A program made the position numbers and the translations under genes. Under the pieces are notes generated by a model. That model saw only the letters and a list, made by a program, of their open reading frames with translations, did not search any database and had not been told where the DNA came from. Source: Felis catus (taxonomy: Eukaryota). From it: DNA of 64,000 nt. Each line of letters starts with the position of its first letter. Position 1 is the first letter of the stretch. Shown piece after piece: positions 62,127 through 64,000 of the stretch. The stretch lies in contig NC_058376.1 in assembly GCF_018350175.1 (NCBI RefSeq), positions 1,984,001-2,048,000 of the forward strand. The letters are read 5' to 3'.

Positions 62127-63540
62127 GTAGGTAGCGGGGCGCCCGGGGAGGGCCGGGTGCTGCCGGACACGGCGGGTCCAGGGCCGCGGGGCGGGCCGGC
62201 TGGCCGGGTGCTGCGGGCACCGTGCGCCCTAGGCTCGGGCCCGTGGGCGAACAATCTTTAGGGACCATCCCCTGAAGCGGGAGCGCAGGGTCATCAGCAG
62301 GGTCCGCCACCAAACCCGTCCTCCAGAGCGGCCGCAGTGGGTGGGAGCGAGTGCAGGCGCCCAGGCCGGGTAGGTTGGACTTGGCTGGGGGTGGGGTGGG
62401 GGACTGTGCCTTGCAGAGCAGGGTCACCATCAGGAAACACGCAGAGGAAGGTCACAGAGAGCTCAGGCACCAGAGCCAAACTGAACCTGCAGCCTGACTG
62501 GAGGGAGCCCAGCTCCTGCCTTGTGATTTTCAACACATCGTTTGGCCTAAGACCCGGTTTGCCCGTCGGGACGAGTGAATAGTCGCTCTGACCCCAAATA
62601 AACACGCAGAGTAGCCCTTCTGGTAGCTTCGGCACAGCCCCAGGCACCAGCAGCCTGAGTTCCCTCCCTGCCCTCGCCGTCGCCTGGTCACTAGGCTGGA
62701 CCAGGGAGCGTCGGTCCCCATAGTCCCACCGGCTGGTGACGACCATCCTGGCTCAGTGGGGCTGGTGACTCTCTTAAATCACAAATTGTCCGGTTTACAT
62801 TAAAATCCATCATTATTCCAGATACTCCTTTCAGAGGTAGAATCTCACTGTGCTCTGTTACTATGAAACTTATTCCATAATAAAAAGAGTCTTTGCCATT
62901 CGGACACTTTGTGTGAACCCGTCTCTACCACAAGGGCTCCCTCTGCTCCCAAGCGCGTCAGGGCCTTTACCAGGGTGATGACGGTGGGGACCCAGCAGTG
63001 GGAGCAGCTCTGTGATGGGGAGGGGGAGGAAGGAAGGGGAGGGAAGGAGCCGCGGCTACAGCCAGTGGCGGCCAAGGAGGACTCCGGGGCCTGGGGGTCG
63101 GGCATCACAGGCCTCGTGGGCACCACGGAGGGCGCGCTGGGATCAGAGCGCGGGGGATTCTGGGACGGCGCTCAGAAAGTGGCCTCACCACGGCCAGCTG
63201 CAGCCCGATGCAGGCCTGGAAGGAACAGGTTCTTACGTGGGGAGATGCCTGACTCATCCACCCCAGAGGCTCCAGTCAGGGCCCTCCCCTCCAGCAGGCA
63301 CCCACCTTCTCCCCCACCCTCGGGGTGCAGCGTCCACTTCCGCGTCAAGACCCAGCTCTGGCCACATCTGCCAACGCCTCCCAGGCCATCAGCGGGGTCG
63401 GACACCATCTGTTTCCCCATAGGCGTGGTGGAGGGTGGGCAGGCTGGGGACTCAGTGCCGCTGGGAGGCACTAGAGTTTCCAGAGAGATGGGAGAACCCC
63501 TCAACGGACACCTCTGTGGCCACGCTTTTGCAGAAGACTC

Positions 63541-63924
63541 TTGTCCTGGGGAAAAGAGCGCTCCTCAAATTCACGTCCACCAGAACCCTGCAATGCAAAC
63601 TTGCTTGGAGACAGAGTCTTTGCAGGTGTGATCGAGTTAAGTTGAGGTCATGACTGCAGTCGGGCGGGCCCTGACCCAGAGCCTGGTGTCCTTATAAGAA
63701 GAGGAGAGGCACAGACAAGGCCATGTGAAGACAGGCAGAGGGGGTGACGTAGCTACAAGCCAGGGAATACCAGAAAGCCCAGAGCTGGATGAGCCTCCAG
63801 AGGGAGCGGGACCCTGCAACGCCCTGACGTCTGGAGGACTCCCGGCCTCCAGAACTGTGGATAATCTGCCACCTAAGCCCCCAGTTTGGGGTGTTCATTA
63901 CAGCCACCCTGGGAAACTGATACC
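63541..63924 (+). mobile_element. MLT1B-like MaLR solo LTR
   Basis: gtctttgcaggtgtgat...tgaggtcat...ggtgtccttataagaagagg...gccatgtgaagacaggcagag...gcctccagaactgt...ggaaactgatac. Confidence 0.8.
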
Positions 63925-64000
63925 CCCGTGCACTGCTTCCCCTGTCCTTTTCTGCATAAACGGGCTGTGACGCTGCTCTCCCATGGCCCTAAAGCACCCT

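Overview
Mammalian genomic DNA, not microbial. The CanSINEs, including SINEC_Fc-type copies, indicate a feliform carnivore, most likely a felid. The window lies inside TSPEAR (+ strand) and contains coding exon 2 (36633-36853) and exon 3 (61888-62126). Five intact single-exon KRTAP10-family hair keratin-associated protein genes are nested in its introns: a divergent pair in intron 1 and three sense-strand genes in intron 2, each with a TATA box and AATAAA. The rest is mostly transposon-derived: a near-full-length dead L1, older L1 fragments, about 16 CanSINEs, MLT1/MLT2/MER21/MER77-like LTRs, a degenerate ERVL-like provirus, MER82/Tigger2/MER63-like DNA transposons and MIRs. Repeat family names are from recalled consensus sequences, not a search. 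The nested KRTAP10-in-TSPEAR layout is already known from human, and I found no demonstrably new gene system. The best leads are: (1) a 128-bp inverted repeat with only 2 mismatches in intron 1; (2) patchwork sharing of variants, promoters and 3' UTRs among the five KRTAP10 genes; (3) a splice-acceptor-like site 16 nt before each sense-strand KRTAP ATG that could give TSPEAR-KRTAP chimeric transcripts; (4) an unexplained promoter-like CpG island; (5) a ~580-nt C-rich tract with a 295-nt AG-free zone before exon 3; (6) AT-to-GC-shifted old L1 copies.
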